NCBI GenBank assembly: GCA_030264375.1
Contig: JASCQW010000032.1
Span: forward strand, 72,177,615 to 72,241,614
Length of the DNA stretch: 64,000 bases
Direction of reading: 5' to 3'
From: Carcharhinus longimanus
Lineage: Eukaryota
In this document: positions 26,445 to 39,134 of the stretch, piece after piece
Layout of the letters: each line of letters opens with the position of its first letter
Numbering within the stretch: the stretch's first letter is position 1
The notes under the pieces: model-generated
The model's input: only the letters and a program-made list of their open reading frames with translations
Database searches by the model: none
Told to the model about the DNA's origin: nothing
Program-made: the position numbers and the translations under genes

Positions 26445-27553
26445 TAAATGTGTAGTTATGCACTTTGTTGTGAAAAACTGAAAGGAAGAGAATTATTTAA
26501 ATAGTGATAGATTGGGAATTGCAGATGTAGAAGGGGATGTGTGTGTTCTTGTACACTAGTCAATGAAAGTGGAGAGGCAGGTACAGCAAGTCATTAGGAA
26601 GGCAAATGGCGTGTTTGCCTTTATTGCAAGGGGATTTGAGTTCAGAAATAGGGATGTCTTACTGCAGCTATACAGGGCCTTGGTTAAACCACACCTGGGG
26701 TATTGTATGCAGTTTTTGTCTCCCTACCTCAGGAAGGATATGCTTACCGTAGAGGGAATGCAGCAAAAGTTCACTAGTATGATACTGGGGTTGGTGAAGC
26801 TGTCCAATGAAGAGAGATTGGTTTGACTGGGCCTGTATTATCAAACCTTTCAGCGCAGAAAGGGTTGATTCAGTCCATTGGGTCTGCACCAACCACAGCC
26901 CCACCCAAGCCCCATCCCCATAACCCTATGCATACACCCTAACTAGCCCCCGTGACACTAAAGGGCAATTTAGCATAGCCAATCCACCTAACCTGCACAT
27001 CGTTGGACAATGAGAGGAAACTGGAGCATTTGGAGGAAACCCATGCAGGGAGAATGTGCAAACTCCACATAGACAGTGATCCAAGCTGAGAATCAAACTC
27101 AGGTCCCCGGTGCTGTGAGGCAGTGGTGCTAGCCACCTGTGCCGCCCCACTCATAGTTTAGAAAGATGAGAGGAGATCTGATTGAAATGCGCAAGAATAT
27201 AACAGGGCCAGACAAATGAGATACAGAGAAGATGTTTTCCTTGGCTGGGGAATCTAGAACCAGGGGTCGGAGTCTCAGGATATGGGGTAGACTATTTAAG
27301 ATAGAGATGAGGAGAAATTTCTTCACTTAAAGGGTGGTGAACCTGTGGATTTCTCCACCACAGAAGACTGTGGAGGCCAAGTAACTTAAATCTCTTCAAG
27401 AAAGAAATTTTTTTTAGATTTTAATGGCATTAAAGGGTAAGGGGAGAAAATGGAAATATGACATTGAGATCAAGGGTGAACCATGATTATATTAAATGGT
27501 GGAAGAAGCTCGAAGGGCTGAATGGCCTATTCCTGTTCCTAGTTTCTATGTTT
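26445..27553 (+). mobile_element. CR1 LINE 3' fragment with nested HE1 SINE (26850-27148, minus)
   Basis: QVQQVIRKANGVFAFIARGFEFRN...LYRALVKPHL; LINE sequence resumes after the SINE. Confidence 0.9.
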
Positions 27554-28644
27554 GAGAACATTCTAATGATGTGGTCATTACTATCAAGATCAGGATTTAT
27601 TCCTCATCCTAAATTATCCTGGAGAAGGTAAAGGTGAGTTACCTTCTTTGAACCACTACAGTCTGTGATGGAGTTAAAGAGAGAGTCCCGGGATTTTTAC
27701 ATGGAGATGATGAAGAAATGACTATATAGATCCAACTCAGGATGTGTGTTGCTTGATGGGGAATGTGGAAGTGATGACATTCCCATTCTCCTGCAGGTGT
27801 TGTCCTTACCAATGGCAAAGATTGTTGGTTTGCAAGATGCTGCCAGTGAGGCCTTGACGAGCTGCTATAGTGCATCTTGCAGAAAAATGCACCAATCAGC
27901 CACAGTGTATTATTGGTTATTCAGGGACCTCACCTTGTCAACCTCGCTCTTCACCTCAGGTGTGGTGATCCTCAGGTTCAATCACCACCTGTCAGCTCTC
28001 CCCTTCAAAGAGGAGAGCAGCCTGTGGTCATCTGAGGCTATGGAAACTATATCTCTATTGGAAGCTGAGGGAGTGGATATCTAAGGGGCTGGATGGGCTG
28101 CCAATCCTCAAATAGTGCAGGAGAATTATCAAGAGCATGAAAGTAACAACTTGAGGAGCATAGATCTGACAATTAGTACAAGGGTGAGAGTGCAGTGAGC
28201 AGAGTTATGCCCCCTTGACATCATATGTATTAAGCCCTTGGACCTCTTTGTGATAATGTAACAAAATGTAAACTCTGGGAGCTGAGACTTTTATACTATT
28301 ATCCAAGGGCTCAAAGTAGATGTTGGCATTCACAGTTTAATTCTTCAGTGAGAGGATTTGGCATTTCTCTAAGTCGGAGAACCAATGAGTACTGCAGTCA
28401 CAAGTGAGATACATCAATCTTTCCACATGAGTGAGAAAACACCTGGAACCCATGGTCACGGATGAGATCATTTGTTTGTTGTATTATACCGCCTGGAAAC
28501 TATAATATCAAGCCAAGGTTTAATTGCGCAACCTTAATTTCAATATTTGCACTAAGTGTATCTTCAGCCTCAGAAGACATGAAATTCGGATTCTCCACAG
28601 TTGAAGTGAAACTGCATGACAAATAGTGGTTCTTCTTCATCTTA

Positions 28645-29535
28645 CTCAGTCTAGTGTTCGATCAGGAGGGATTTTGACAGAGTAAATTCTGAAAAAACTA
28701 TTGGTCAGCAACTGGTGGGAACAGCTGGAAAACCCCACCCCAGTAGTCACCTGAGAGAGCATACATATGCAATTTTGTCTGAGGGAATGAAACAGAGGTT
28801 CACTAGATTGATTTCTGGGAGGGCTGTCCCTGTGATTATTGAGAAGAATGGTCCGATATTCTCTGAATTTTAGAAGAAAGAAAAGAGATTTCATTGAAGT
28901 GTAGAATGTTCTTTTACAGCTTGGCAGGATATAAGCTAAGAGGTTATTTTCCCTGGTTGGAGTGTCTAGAACTAATCGCTGGATAAGGGTTTGGTCATTT
29001 GAGATTGAGACGTGGGGAAATTTCTTCACTCGAGAGGTTTTAAAATTTATTTTATTAGTGTCACAAGTAGGCTTACATTAACACTCCATTGAAATTACTG
29101 CGAAAATCCCCTAGTTGCCACACTCTGGTGCCTGTTCGGGTACACTGAGGGAGAATTTAGCATGGCCACTGCACCTAACCAGCACATCTTTGGTCTATGG
29201 GAGGAAAGTGGAACACTCCAGAGAAACCACACAGACACTGGGCAAACATGCAGACTCTGCATAGACAGTGATCTAATTCGGCAATTGAACCCGAGTCCCT
29301 GGCGTTGTGAGGCAGCAGTGCTAACTGCTATGCCATCGTGCTAGCCTTGCCACCATGCCAACCTTTTTTTGTGATCCTTGGGAATTCTCTATCCAAGAGG
29401 GACATTAATATAATTAAGGGAGATGGGGAGAAGGCAGGAAAGTGGAGGTAATGTAATTCAGCAATGATCTTTATTAAATGCTGAGCAGACTGAAATGGTC
29501 CTATAGCTCTGACTCTCTCATTTCTTGTGTTCTTA
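28645..29535 (+). mobile_element. CR1 fragment with nested HE1 tail-B SINE (29045-29345, minus)
   Basis: ggaaatttcttcactcgagagg before the SINE and gggaattctctatcc after it. Confidence 0.75.
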
Positions 29536-29993
29536 AGGCCCTGGCATTGACATGTCTATTATTATTCCTACTAGATTAGCAAAGATTAGATGAATGGATA
29601 AGCACCGAGGACAACCTGCTACTTTTTCCATTTGACTATCATAAATGGTATGTCTGGCTTGTCATTATCGTAAGAAATAAGATGCTGCACTAAATTGATA
29701 GCTATGAAATCCTTTTCCCCTTCCTACAACATGGTCAAGCTGAGTTCAGGCTTCAGTTTTTTTTTACAAAATGAGCGATTTCTTTGTTGGTCAAGAAATC
29801 TGAACTTGAATATACAAAACCTTGGAGCCAAGCCCAACTTTCAATTACACTGTTTCCTGAAGGTTCAGAACTTTGGGTTGGGTTTTCAGTCTGATGGACC
29901 AGAGTCAGTTCAGGCCAAACTGAACGGAGAATGTAAACCAAACTTAAACCTAAACTTAATTCTTTCGCCTTGAGTGTCTTATCCTGAAACACA

Positions 29994-30395
29994 GGGTGGA
30001 ATTCTTAAGCCAGACTGGTCTAAAGCCCAGAAATTCCCGCCCGATTGTCAATGGACCTTCACATTTGTCCGCAACCTGCCCACGAAAGTTGCAGTGGCAG
30101 GTGGGTTGGGAGAATTCCAGCCAGATTTTTTTCAATGCTACCACGGGAAGTCGTCAGGNNNNNNNNNNNNNNNNNNNNNNNNNNNNNNNNNNNNNNNNNN
30201 NNNNNNNNNNNNNNNNNNNNNNNNNNNNNNNNNNNNNNNNNNNNNNNNNNNNNNNNNNATTCTGCTCATTGGGGCGAATTTTAACGTCTCGCCCGCCATG
30301 GGAATTGAAGCGGGCGAGCAGTGGATTATGGAAGGTTCATTGACCTCGAGCGGGATTTTCTGGTTTCGGGGTGAGTGAGGCTGGAAAATCCTGCT
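29994..30395. mobile_element. Two MITE-like copies (29994-30122, 30271-30395) around a gap
   Basis: gggtggaattct...agaattccagcc and ggggcgaatttt...ggaaaatcctgct; same family as 297-422. Confidence 0.65.
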
Positions 30396-32444
30396 CTTTG
30401 CCACTTTGTCAATCGCATCCAGAGTTAAATAAGAAACAAACAAAAATGGAAGAGTTCCTTGAGAACTTGCACTGAACTGGACAAGGCATCTCCCTATTGC
30501 ACAAACTTGCCGTAGTGTCTAAAAAGGTGGCACTGGAAGTAGGCTCTGTAGCAGGCTGTCCTTGCCTGTCTAAATACTCCTTAATACACTGACATTTGCC
30601 CTTTTAGAAGCAGGCAATCAGACTGATGAAACAATGCTGTTACTCTACGTAAAAGGACAATGATGAAAAAAGAACTGTTCAGTTTGTTTCTTGCTTTCCT
30701 TTGTATTGTCTCTCACATCATTTCAGCTGTGTGCATGACACCAAGTGAATCATTTCAGGGGATTCTGACAGTTACACAATCTCACCATCATGTGATTTTT
30801 TTTTTTAAATAGAAAATAACAATCTTGGACCGGTTGGTGTGATTGAAAGCAGAAGATACCACCAGACATATGTCCGATTGTATGTCGACTCATAGCTATA
30901 CTATTTTGAAATGTGATTATTAGCCTTTCATTCTGAAATACATCAATGAATCAAATATTTCTGTAATTACATTTCTCTGAACTCAGTAGCCAGTATTCCC
31001 TAGCTAAATGTGGGACTTAAATCTGAGTGGAAACAGGGACAAATCAGTAAATTTTGAACTATGCTTATTTGCATTGAGGTGATTAAAATGAACTGGCTGA
31101 CCTGTACCCAGTTTGGCCTCTGTATGACTAACATGTGCATTATTAAACAGTGGGGAAAAGGGAGGGGGTTTGTAGTCACAGATGGTGATTAATAAATATT
31201 GACCAATAGCTCATGTGAACCTTGATGAAAGACCTTATTTGATCTGCTTGTGAACCTCCTGCAGTCCATGCGATCCATAGCGAGTCAATAACACCCTCAC
31301 AATGACAACCATACCTTTTGAAGTTGTTTCGTTCTCGGAAGGTGAACAAATATGTTCCCTTTAGGCATCGATAACTTTATTTTATATTGGCCTCATTTGT
31401 ACAGCTGGAATACCTTTTTTGAGAAGATACTGGTCCCCTCCATCCATCGATGCACATTGATACACTCTCAAATATTGACCACTTTGCTGGGGTGAGCGTG
31501 TACTTAACTAGTTCAAAGCTTGCTTGTACTGAAGTTGACAATAACACACGAAGGCCGCGTAATAGCAAAGTAAAATAAAATTCTTGTCAATTTTTATTCA
31601 ATGTGCATTCCATAAGTGCACATTTATACTTAATTCTTTCAGTTCAAATATCTTTGATAATCATAATTCAATGGCTTACTACAGAAAACAAACTACATTG
31701 TCTGCAAGTTATCTCCCTTATGCTGCTGCAGTCTATCTCACTCATACTATATCTCTAAACAGCAGGGTAATAAGTCTATGCTCACAAATTGCATGAAAAA
31801 CATTTGTAAGCCACTGGCAGATTGACCTGTGGGCCATTTTCAGGGACATAGAATGTGAATTAGACAAATTAACAGTAATGCTTTCTACAAGGCACTCTTC
31901 ATTTGAAGGGAGGAATGATGTTCCTTTGTATGGTACTGTAACTGGAGAGGAATGGTGATGATGAGGATGGGAAGTAGGTGGCCATCAGTTGGGGTGGGGG
32001 GCGATTTGGAGAGTGTGCAGGAAATTCCTGGGTTCTTTAAGCATTGGACGACCATGATGCACATAGGCACAGTGATGTAGACAAGAGCAATCATGAGTAG
32101 CATCATTACATCACAAAAGAATTGATTGCCAAAGTGAAAGGAGTGATTTTGATAGATTTTCAATGTGGCACTCAGGTCAAATTGACACTGTTGGCTGCCC
32201 ATTTACAGAAAATGTCTACCATTTGTTAATTAAAAGATGAAAAATATAAAAGGAAGGACTAGTAAAAATAAGTTGTAATTTCCCAGGTTCTCTGTTATGT
32301 CCTCAACAAAGTGACTACGTGCTGAATATGGAAGTTAAATCCATATGCCGGGAAGTTCCTGGGGGATTTTACCCAGGCATCCGAATGTTGGCTCATACCC
32401 CTGTAGACACATGTGATGATGGATTTTTCCCAGACTCTTCTGCA

Positions 32445-32830
32445 CAATTTTAATTTGATTTTATTTATTCCATGTATTGGCATACAGTGAAAAGTATTGT
32501 TTCTGGCACACTATACAAGCCTTTCGTAAGAAGGAAGGGAGCAGGTGTAGAATGTAGTCTTATAGTCACAGCTAGTGTAGAGAACTTAATATAAGATAGG
32601 TCATGCAAAAGTCTAATGGCAACAGGGAAGAAGCTGTTCTTGACTCATTTGGTACATGTCTTCAGATTTTTGTATCTCTCTCCCAATGGAACGAGGTAGA
32701 ACAAGGCAGAAGAAAATATATCTGGGATGCACGGGGTCCTTGATTATGCTGACTGCTTTTCTGAGGCAGCAGGATGTGTAGACAAAGTCAATGGATGGGA
32801 GGCTGGTTTCTGATATGGATTGGGCTTTCT
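32445..32830 (-). mobile_element. Rex1-type LINE 3' end
   Basis: AQSISETSLPSIDFVYTSCCLRKAVSIIKDP, homologous to 13767-13961. Confidence 0.85.
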
Positions 32831-33451
32831 GGTTTTCAAAATTCAAAACCACAATTTAGCATCTAAATTTTCTCCGGTTTTGTTGCGTCCCACCAGGCCA
32901 ATGGCTTTCCAGTATCTCATCTAAGTGGTTATTCCTCACTAATAGATAAAAAACGTAACAGGTCTGTCAGCATCCATAGAGAGAGAAACACAGTTAACTG
33001 AGTCTACTGACCGTTCTACGATTCTCTGGAATTGACAAGTGTGGGACTATAACAGCAAAGGTTGATCTTGTCCTCACCTGACATGTGTGCTTCCGAGCAT
33101 TTGTCCCTCAGTTGTGATCAACGTGCACATTCTCCTCTGTGAGGAGATTTTAATGGAAATTAGGTGTGACTGTAAAGCAGTGTTCCCTGTTTTAACTAGT
33201 AACTGAGGGAAATGCCAGAGCATTTCTATTTCAATGCACTGTTGCTGTGTGAAACCAGCATCTTGAGTAGCTCAATGATTTGAATCTGTCTAGCCTGTAT
33301 GGATCAGTTTAATGTGACTCAATGCGATGTAGAGAAGGGGAGTGTGGCAGGGTATGGGTGGTAGGGGGTGCATATTCTTCTTTCACTGGTTGATTCCTTG
33401 TGTGGTCATGCAGGACTTACCAGTTCTTCCTTTCTCTTAGAATAAACTAAG

Positions 33452-33755
33452 GCAGCACAGCGGCACAGTGGTTAGCACTGCTGCCTTACAGTGCCAGGGA
33501 CCCAGGTTCCATTCCCAGCTTGGGCCACTATCCATGTGGAGTCTGCATATTCTCCCCGTATTTGTGTGGGCTTTCTCCGGGTGGTCCAGTTTCCTCCCAC
33601 ATTCTGAAAGATGTGCTGGTTAGGTGCATTGACTATTCTAAATTCTCCTCGAATGTACCTGAACAGGCACCGGAGTGTGGCGACGAGGGGATTTTCACAG
33701 TAACTTCATTGCAATGTTAATGCGAGCCTACCTGTGACGCTTACAAATAAACTTT
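33452..33755 (+). mobile_element. HE1-type SINE, tail B
   Basis: Head, V core and tail gaacaggcaccggagtgtggcgac... Confidence 0.85.
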
Positions 33756-33864
33756 AAACCTTAATTTTGGTATTTCACAATCCTCCAGCTTTGGAGCTAT
33801 TGTATTCTGACGGGAATGCTTCTGGCTACAACAGCACTCAAGATTATGTCATGGTAATGCTTTA

Positions 33865-34240
33865 TTATTTGAGCACAAAATCTAGATGGACGCTCCAGGT
33901 CAGCGCTGAAGGAGTGCTGCCAGGTCGAAGGTGCTGATCTTCAGATGAAACATGAAAACATTAGCCCACTCTGCTCTATTAGGTGCACATAACCCAGTGC
34001 ATTATTTTAAAAAAGAACGCAGATGATCTCTCTGGTGTCTTAGACAGTATTTATCTCTCAACCCACATCACTAAAACCGATTATCTGGTCATTATCACAT
34101 TGCTGTTAATGTGATTTGTTGTGTGTCTGCACATTTCCTGTATTATCAACATACACTTCAAAACTATTTCATTCCCTGTAAAGCACTTTGAGATGTCCTG
34201 AGGTTGTGTAAGGTGTTATATGAATGCAAATTCTTTGTTT
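33865..34240 (+). mobile_element. Deu-SINE (SacSINE1-like) with L2-type tail
   Basis: Deu-domain-like ggtgctgatcttcagatgaaac, then gattatctggtcattatcacattgctg and tail ctgtaaagcactttgagatgtcctgagg. Family name is from a recalled consensus. Confidence 0.65.
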
Positions 34241-35811
34241 ATTTCTTACTGCCTAATTAGAGCCAGGAAATAAAAAAATCAGATGATATTTGTTTTTTTT
34301 ATTTTAAATCAATTCTTCACCTACAAATGGATGGTTAAAGAACCAGAAGGTCAATTTGATCCTGGGTTCAGTCAGGGGACGCCCAAAGCCAAGATACAAA
34401 TTGAGTCAAATTGCTCAGTTGGAAGTCACCATCTCTCCTTTCATATAGCTGAAAACTGTGAGACAAAAATGTGTTAATAGCTGCACAGTGCACATTAGAT
34501 CTTCAGTGCTTCCACATGAGTTGAAACAGTGTAAGATGCAGTCTATTGGCTTGTACATATTTAAGCAAACCAAAGATCTTAAAAGGCAAGTAAAATCTAT
34601 CATCTAAAGGTGAGCAAGCTGAAAAAAAAGCTTATGAACGTAATGATTTTTTTCTTTGTTCCTGTCCAGATGAGTTGCTTTCGTTAGAACTGCACACAGC
34701 TGCAATCAAAAGGGGTTTTCAAAGAGAAAGGTTATGAGATCTACTCTTGGAAACTAATGGGTAGGACTTGCAAACACTTCCAGAAATCGTATCACAAAAT
34801 CATATTATTTTGTCAATCTCTATTTTTTTCCCATAAATGACTCTATCAAATGGTCTTCAATGTGGACGTACATCTTGTGCCATGGCAACTGCCAAACTCA
34901 GAGTCGTTCTTCTCAGACACACTACTTGCCCTGAAAGAAATGACACAGTGGCAGCCATCCTCATAATCATAAGTGTCTACAGCTAGATTTTCCCACATGT
35001 GTTAGCAATTGGGCGGATGACTAGCAGATTTACCATCAGAACATGTGAACGCCCTCCAAAAAACAAGACTCATCCCAAAGGTAGGCTCTATGGAGTTTCC
35101 AGCTCACGAAGTATTACTCAGTTAACAAAACACAGAAAAGACCTTTCACCTAAATACAGTCAAAGGCTGACAAAACTGCTCTCAGTGCTTTTACAGGGTC
35201 TATGTGCAGTCAGCAGTTTCCCATTTTAGGGGCATATATTTGTTGCATATTGTCTTACTGTCTCTGCCATGATCTCTAAGCATTCTGCCACATTGCATAA
35301 CTAACTCTTAGATCCTCAGACTAGGATCTAGCTTGTCACTTTACGTTAATGGAGAACTAAGCCAGAACCAGAAAAGATTTAAGTTTAGCCCAATTTTCTT
35401 GAGGCTTGCTTATCATGATGTAAAGGTACAATTAGTGCAATAGGCCAGAATAAGCTTTCAGTGATTACACTGAGGGCTAGTTTTTATGTTATGGTTCTAA
35501 ATTAGGGGAAAAAAAGTATGAGTTAATAAAATATGAAACACTGATTCTGGAGGTTTGGGTTATAATCAAATCTGAGTGATCATTATTGAACTACACAAAC
35601 AATAACAGCAAAAACATTATGGTACATGAACTAAGAATTGTCAGTAGTTGAAATACTTCTCTTAGCCATTTTCATGATGTGAAATGCCTTCTTGTTGCAT
35701 TGTGTCAGGAGCACTTGGAAGTCTTTAGTTGCTGTAGTTACATGGCAGGCGGTCTTTTGGTGCAGGGGATAGCGTCCCTGCCTCTGAGCCAGAAGCTCTG
35801 GGTACAAGTCC

Positions 35812-36020
35812 CACAGTAAGAAGTCTCATAACACCAAGTTAAAGTCCAGCCGGTTTATTTGGTAGCACATGCCACTAGCTTTCGGAGGGCTGCTCCTTCC
35901 TCGAAAGTGCGCCGAAAGCTAGTGGCTTGTGCTATCAAATAAACCTGTTGGACTTTAACCTGGTGTTGTGAGACTTCTTATTGTGTTTACCCCAGACCAA
36001 CGCTGGCATCTCCATATTAC
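35812..36020. mobile_element. Fold-back Penelope-like terminus inserted into a tRNA-SINE
   Basis: 74-nt inverted arms 35812-35885 / 35912-35985; flanked by acaagtcccac / acgagtcccac duplication; same sequence family as 58520-58612. Confidence 0.75.
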
Positions 36021-36631
36021 GAGTCCCACCCCAGCATCTGATGGCCAAGGAGGGTGCGTACATAATGTGGTCAAGACGGTTGAGTGTGTCAACCTGCAAT
36101 ATTCTTCCAAACATGACAATGGCTAGAGGTAAGACCGGGGGAAGCTCCTGGTCATCCATGCTTGATGTAGAGTGGCCTCCTCAAGCTATAAGTCCCGGGT
36201 AGCAGGCTCGTGACGAGTTCTGGGAATTATAAGCTATAGAAACAGACAAAAGTCTGTCTGTGTGCACCACAAGGTGTGGGAAGAGAATTGGAATGCTTGT
36301 CTGGTATTTACCAAACATACATACTTCCCACAACATGGTACTGGATTTTCCACTCAGATCCAAATTACTATTAAAATCAGTGTGATTAAATCCAGATGTT
36401 CTAATTGAACTTTTCCAAAATGAACCCGTTCTCTGTACATCATTTTGTTTTTCTGGAATCGCTGGTAAAATTAACCAAATGAAAATTTGTCACGGCTGTA
36501 GCTGCAGCTATGATGATGCATAATGCAAGCAGTAGGGTTGACAAAAGTCCCTAAAGCTAGCCAATGGCAGTCATGGAAAGAGACTAAAAATAAATACTGC
36601 ATTTCATGTTACAGTAAGGGGTAAAGGCTAC

Positions 36632-37734
36632 GGGGTGATTCTCCCATGCCAATGCGTTTTTAGCACCGTGGGTCGCAAGACTCGAGCGGCAGTCGATTCG
36701 CACTGAGCGTCCGGATCTCTGAGTGTCTCTCGGAGCTGGGTTTCCAGCACAGTCAACTCTGGCGCAGAGCTGCCTAATCAATGCAGTAGCCAATTTAAAT
36801 CTAGTATGAACATCATTAGTGGGCTCTGGGCCCGCTAGCTTCTACCCCTACCGAACCACTCCAACCCCCCCACCGCCACCACCACCACCACCAGGGTTTA
36901 CTATACTTCCCTACTAACGGGGAGTTGATGGCCTGGCACTGCTGGAGTGAAGAGGGGGGCAATCAAGGCTCTCCCGAGAGGGTCGGGCACCAGGGGAGGG
37001 AGCCTCCCTGGGCATTGCCAGCCTGGACCCCCTGGCAGTGCCCAAGGGACAACTTGCCAATGCCCGGGGGTACTTTGGCACAGTCCACCAGACAGAGAGC
37101 AGTGCCAAGAGGGCAGTGCCTAATGAGAGCAAGACCTCTGTGGGGGGGTGAAGGGGGGTGGGGGGGGAGCGCGGGCAGAAGCAACCTGTGGGGGTGGGGG
37201 GGGAGCGCGGGCAGAAGCAACCTGTGCTTGTGGGGGGATCCTGCTCCCACTNNNNNNNNNNNNNNNNNNNNNNNNNNNNNNNNNNNNNNNNNNNNNNNNN
37301 NNNNNNNNNNNNNNNNNNNNNNNNNNNNNNNNNNNNNNNNNNNNNNNNNNNNNNNNNNNNNNNNNNNNNNNNNNNNNNNNNNNNNNNNNNNNNNNNNNNN
37401 NNNNNNNNNNNNNNNNNNNNNNNNNNNNNNNTGGCAATACAGGGGTCGTGAGGCTGGCCAGCGATCGAACTGCCACAATCGAGAGGCTGGCAGACAGGGG
37501 CCACCGCGCATGCACCGATTTCGGCACTGACAGATTGACACATGCTCAGTGGCCCATCACCGCTACTCTGCCGGCTTCTCCAGCAGGAATAGGCACCGCC
37601 CACTGGTTTCTCGAGTGAATCACAATAAGGAGAGTGGGAGGTTTATTTTGAAACTTCTGCTGAAAACACCAGTGAGATTTTCCCCTGTGTTTACACAAAT
37701 TTGACACTTAGAATTTTTTGGGAGAATTCCACCC
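36632..37734. mobile_element. GC-rich non-autonomous TIR element with 3-bp TSD (Harbinger-like)
   Basis: TIRs ggggtgattctccca / tgggagaattccaccc; TAC on both flanks; internal G-rich tandem repeat and a gap. Confidence 0.75.
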
Positions 37735-37844
37735 TACCTCTGTGTACCAAAGGTAGCAAAACCCTACACACATTCTTTATAACTAGTGAGCAGTCATATC
37801 AATAACTTTTGTTCCCCCATCTTAATGCTTAATGGAGGCCTTGG

Positions 37845-38425
37845 AACAGAGGAACACAGGATCTTGGAGCAGAAGTAAGTCATTCAGCTCTTAAATCACA
37901 CTCCACCATTCACTAAGATCGTGGCTGATCTGATTATGGTCTCAACTCCAATTTGCTGTCCGTTCCCCCATAACCCTTGATTCCTTCACCTGTCAAAAAG
38001 GTGTCCAACTTTACCGTGAGTAAATTCAATGACCCAGTTTCTACCATTTTCTAGGGGAGAGAATTTCATGTGGTAACAACCCTTTGAGAGAAAAAGAATC
38101 TTCTCATTCCTGTCTTAAACAGTAGGCCTATTATTCTCATACTGTGTTCCCTGGTTCTACTCTCTGCCATATGTGAAAACGCTGGTCAGTATTTTACCAC
38201 CTCACCTGCCATGCAATCAGAATGGGCAAGAGTGTGGCATTGGGAATCTTTGTTGACTTCGGGCAGGAATTTCCGGTCTGGCCCGAGTGAGGCTGTAAAA
38301 TTCCACCCATCTGCTCAGTATCCAACTTATCAAATCCCCTCAGGACCTTATTTGTTTCAATAAGATCTCCTAATATGCTCCAAAACCCCAAAAGGAACTG
38401 ACACAACATGTTCATCCTTTCTTCA
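37845..38425 (-). mobile_element. CR1 3' fragment with nested MITE (38184-38308)
   Basis: GDLIETNKVLRGFDKLD motif; MITE ends ggtcagtattttacc / gtaaaattccaccc. Confidence 0.8.
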
Positions 38426-38928
38426 TGGGGGTAGGCCTGGGTAGGATGCTCTCCAGAGAGGTGTTGCAAACTCGATAGGGCTGAATGGACTCCTTCTACG
38501 CTGTTGGGATTCTGTGATTCCATGAATTAATGAAAAAAGAATTTCTCTCTTTTTGGATGGTTTGTTGCTGGTGATATCTATGGTACACCATTATCCTTTC
38601 TCCATATCTTTCTACTGTTCCTCATTCTGTTATAATTCTGACAACCTTCATTGGAATGTATTGTAATGCTCCCTTGCTGATCGAAATGCCTTGGGACAGT
38701 TTTCTATAATAAAGGCACCAACTAAATTTAAGTTGTTGTTGTCACTTTGATTCTTTTCAAATCTGGTGCTATCTAGTGCCCTCTGCACAGATACTTGGGT
38801 TTGGTTATTTAGTTTTACAAAAGACCTTTGATGGCGCATCCTTTTCCTTTTCATGGCTCCTGCTCTTTTCAACACATATCCATCTTACTCGGAGTGTACT
38901 TTAGCAATGTTTCAAATAGATACAGTAC

Positions 38929-39026
38929 CTTTTGAGCTTCAGATTCAAGGCCTGGTTCTTGGTGAGTTTGTTGATCTTGTCCAGGTTGGCACTAACACCA
39001 CCGCCAGTGGCTTCAATGCCGCTCAA
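38929..39026 (-). CDS. Internal coding exon (98 nt) of an unidentified large gene; peptide LSGIEATGGGVSANLDKINKLTKNQALNLKLK(R/S)
   Basis: Minus strand: long polypyrimidine tract cctgtctcttctattatctccctctcttaAG, then one open frame (the other two stop within 5 codons) with protein-like codons, then donor AAG|gtactg. Phase 0 in, phase 2 out. Lies in unique sequence. Confidence 0.7.
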
Positions 39027-39134
39027 CTTAAGAGAGGGAGATAATAGAAGAGACAGGATTTGTGTTCCCGATCAGCACTGGAATGTTCTTGAGAGTAAAT
39101 TATGATGATAAATGCAGGTAGAGTGACAAGAAGG

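Noticed and set aside
36914-37618. Long ORFs here and at 8186, 21135 and 62290
   Set aside because: Length is inflated by N gaps and repeat sequence.
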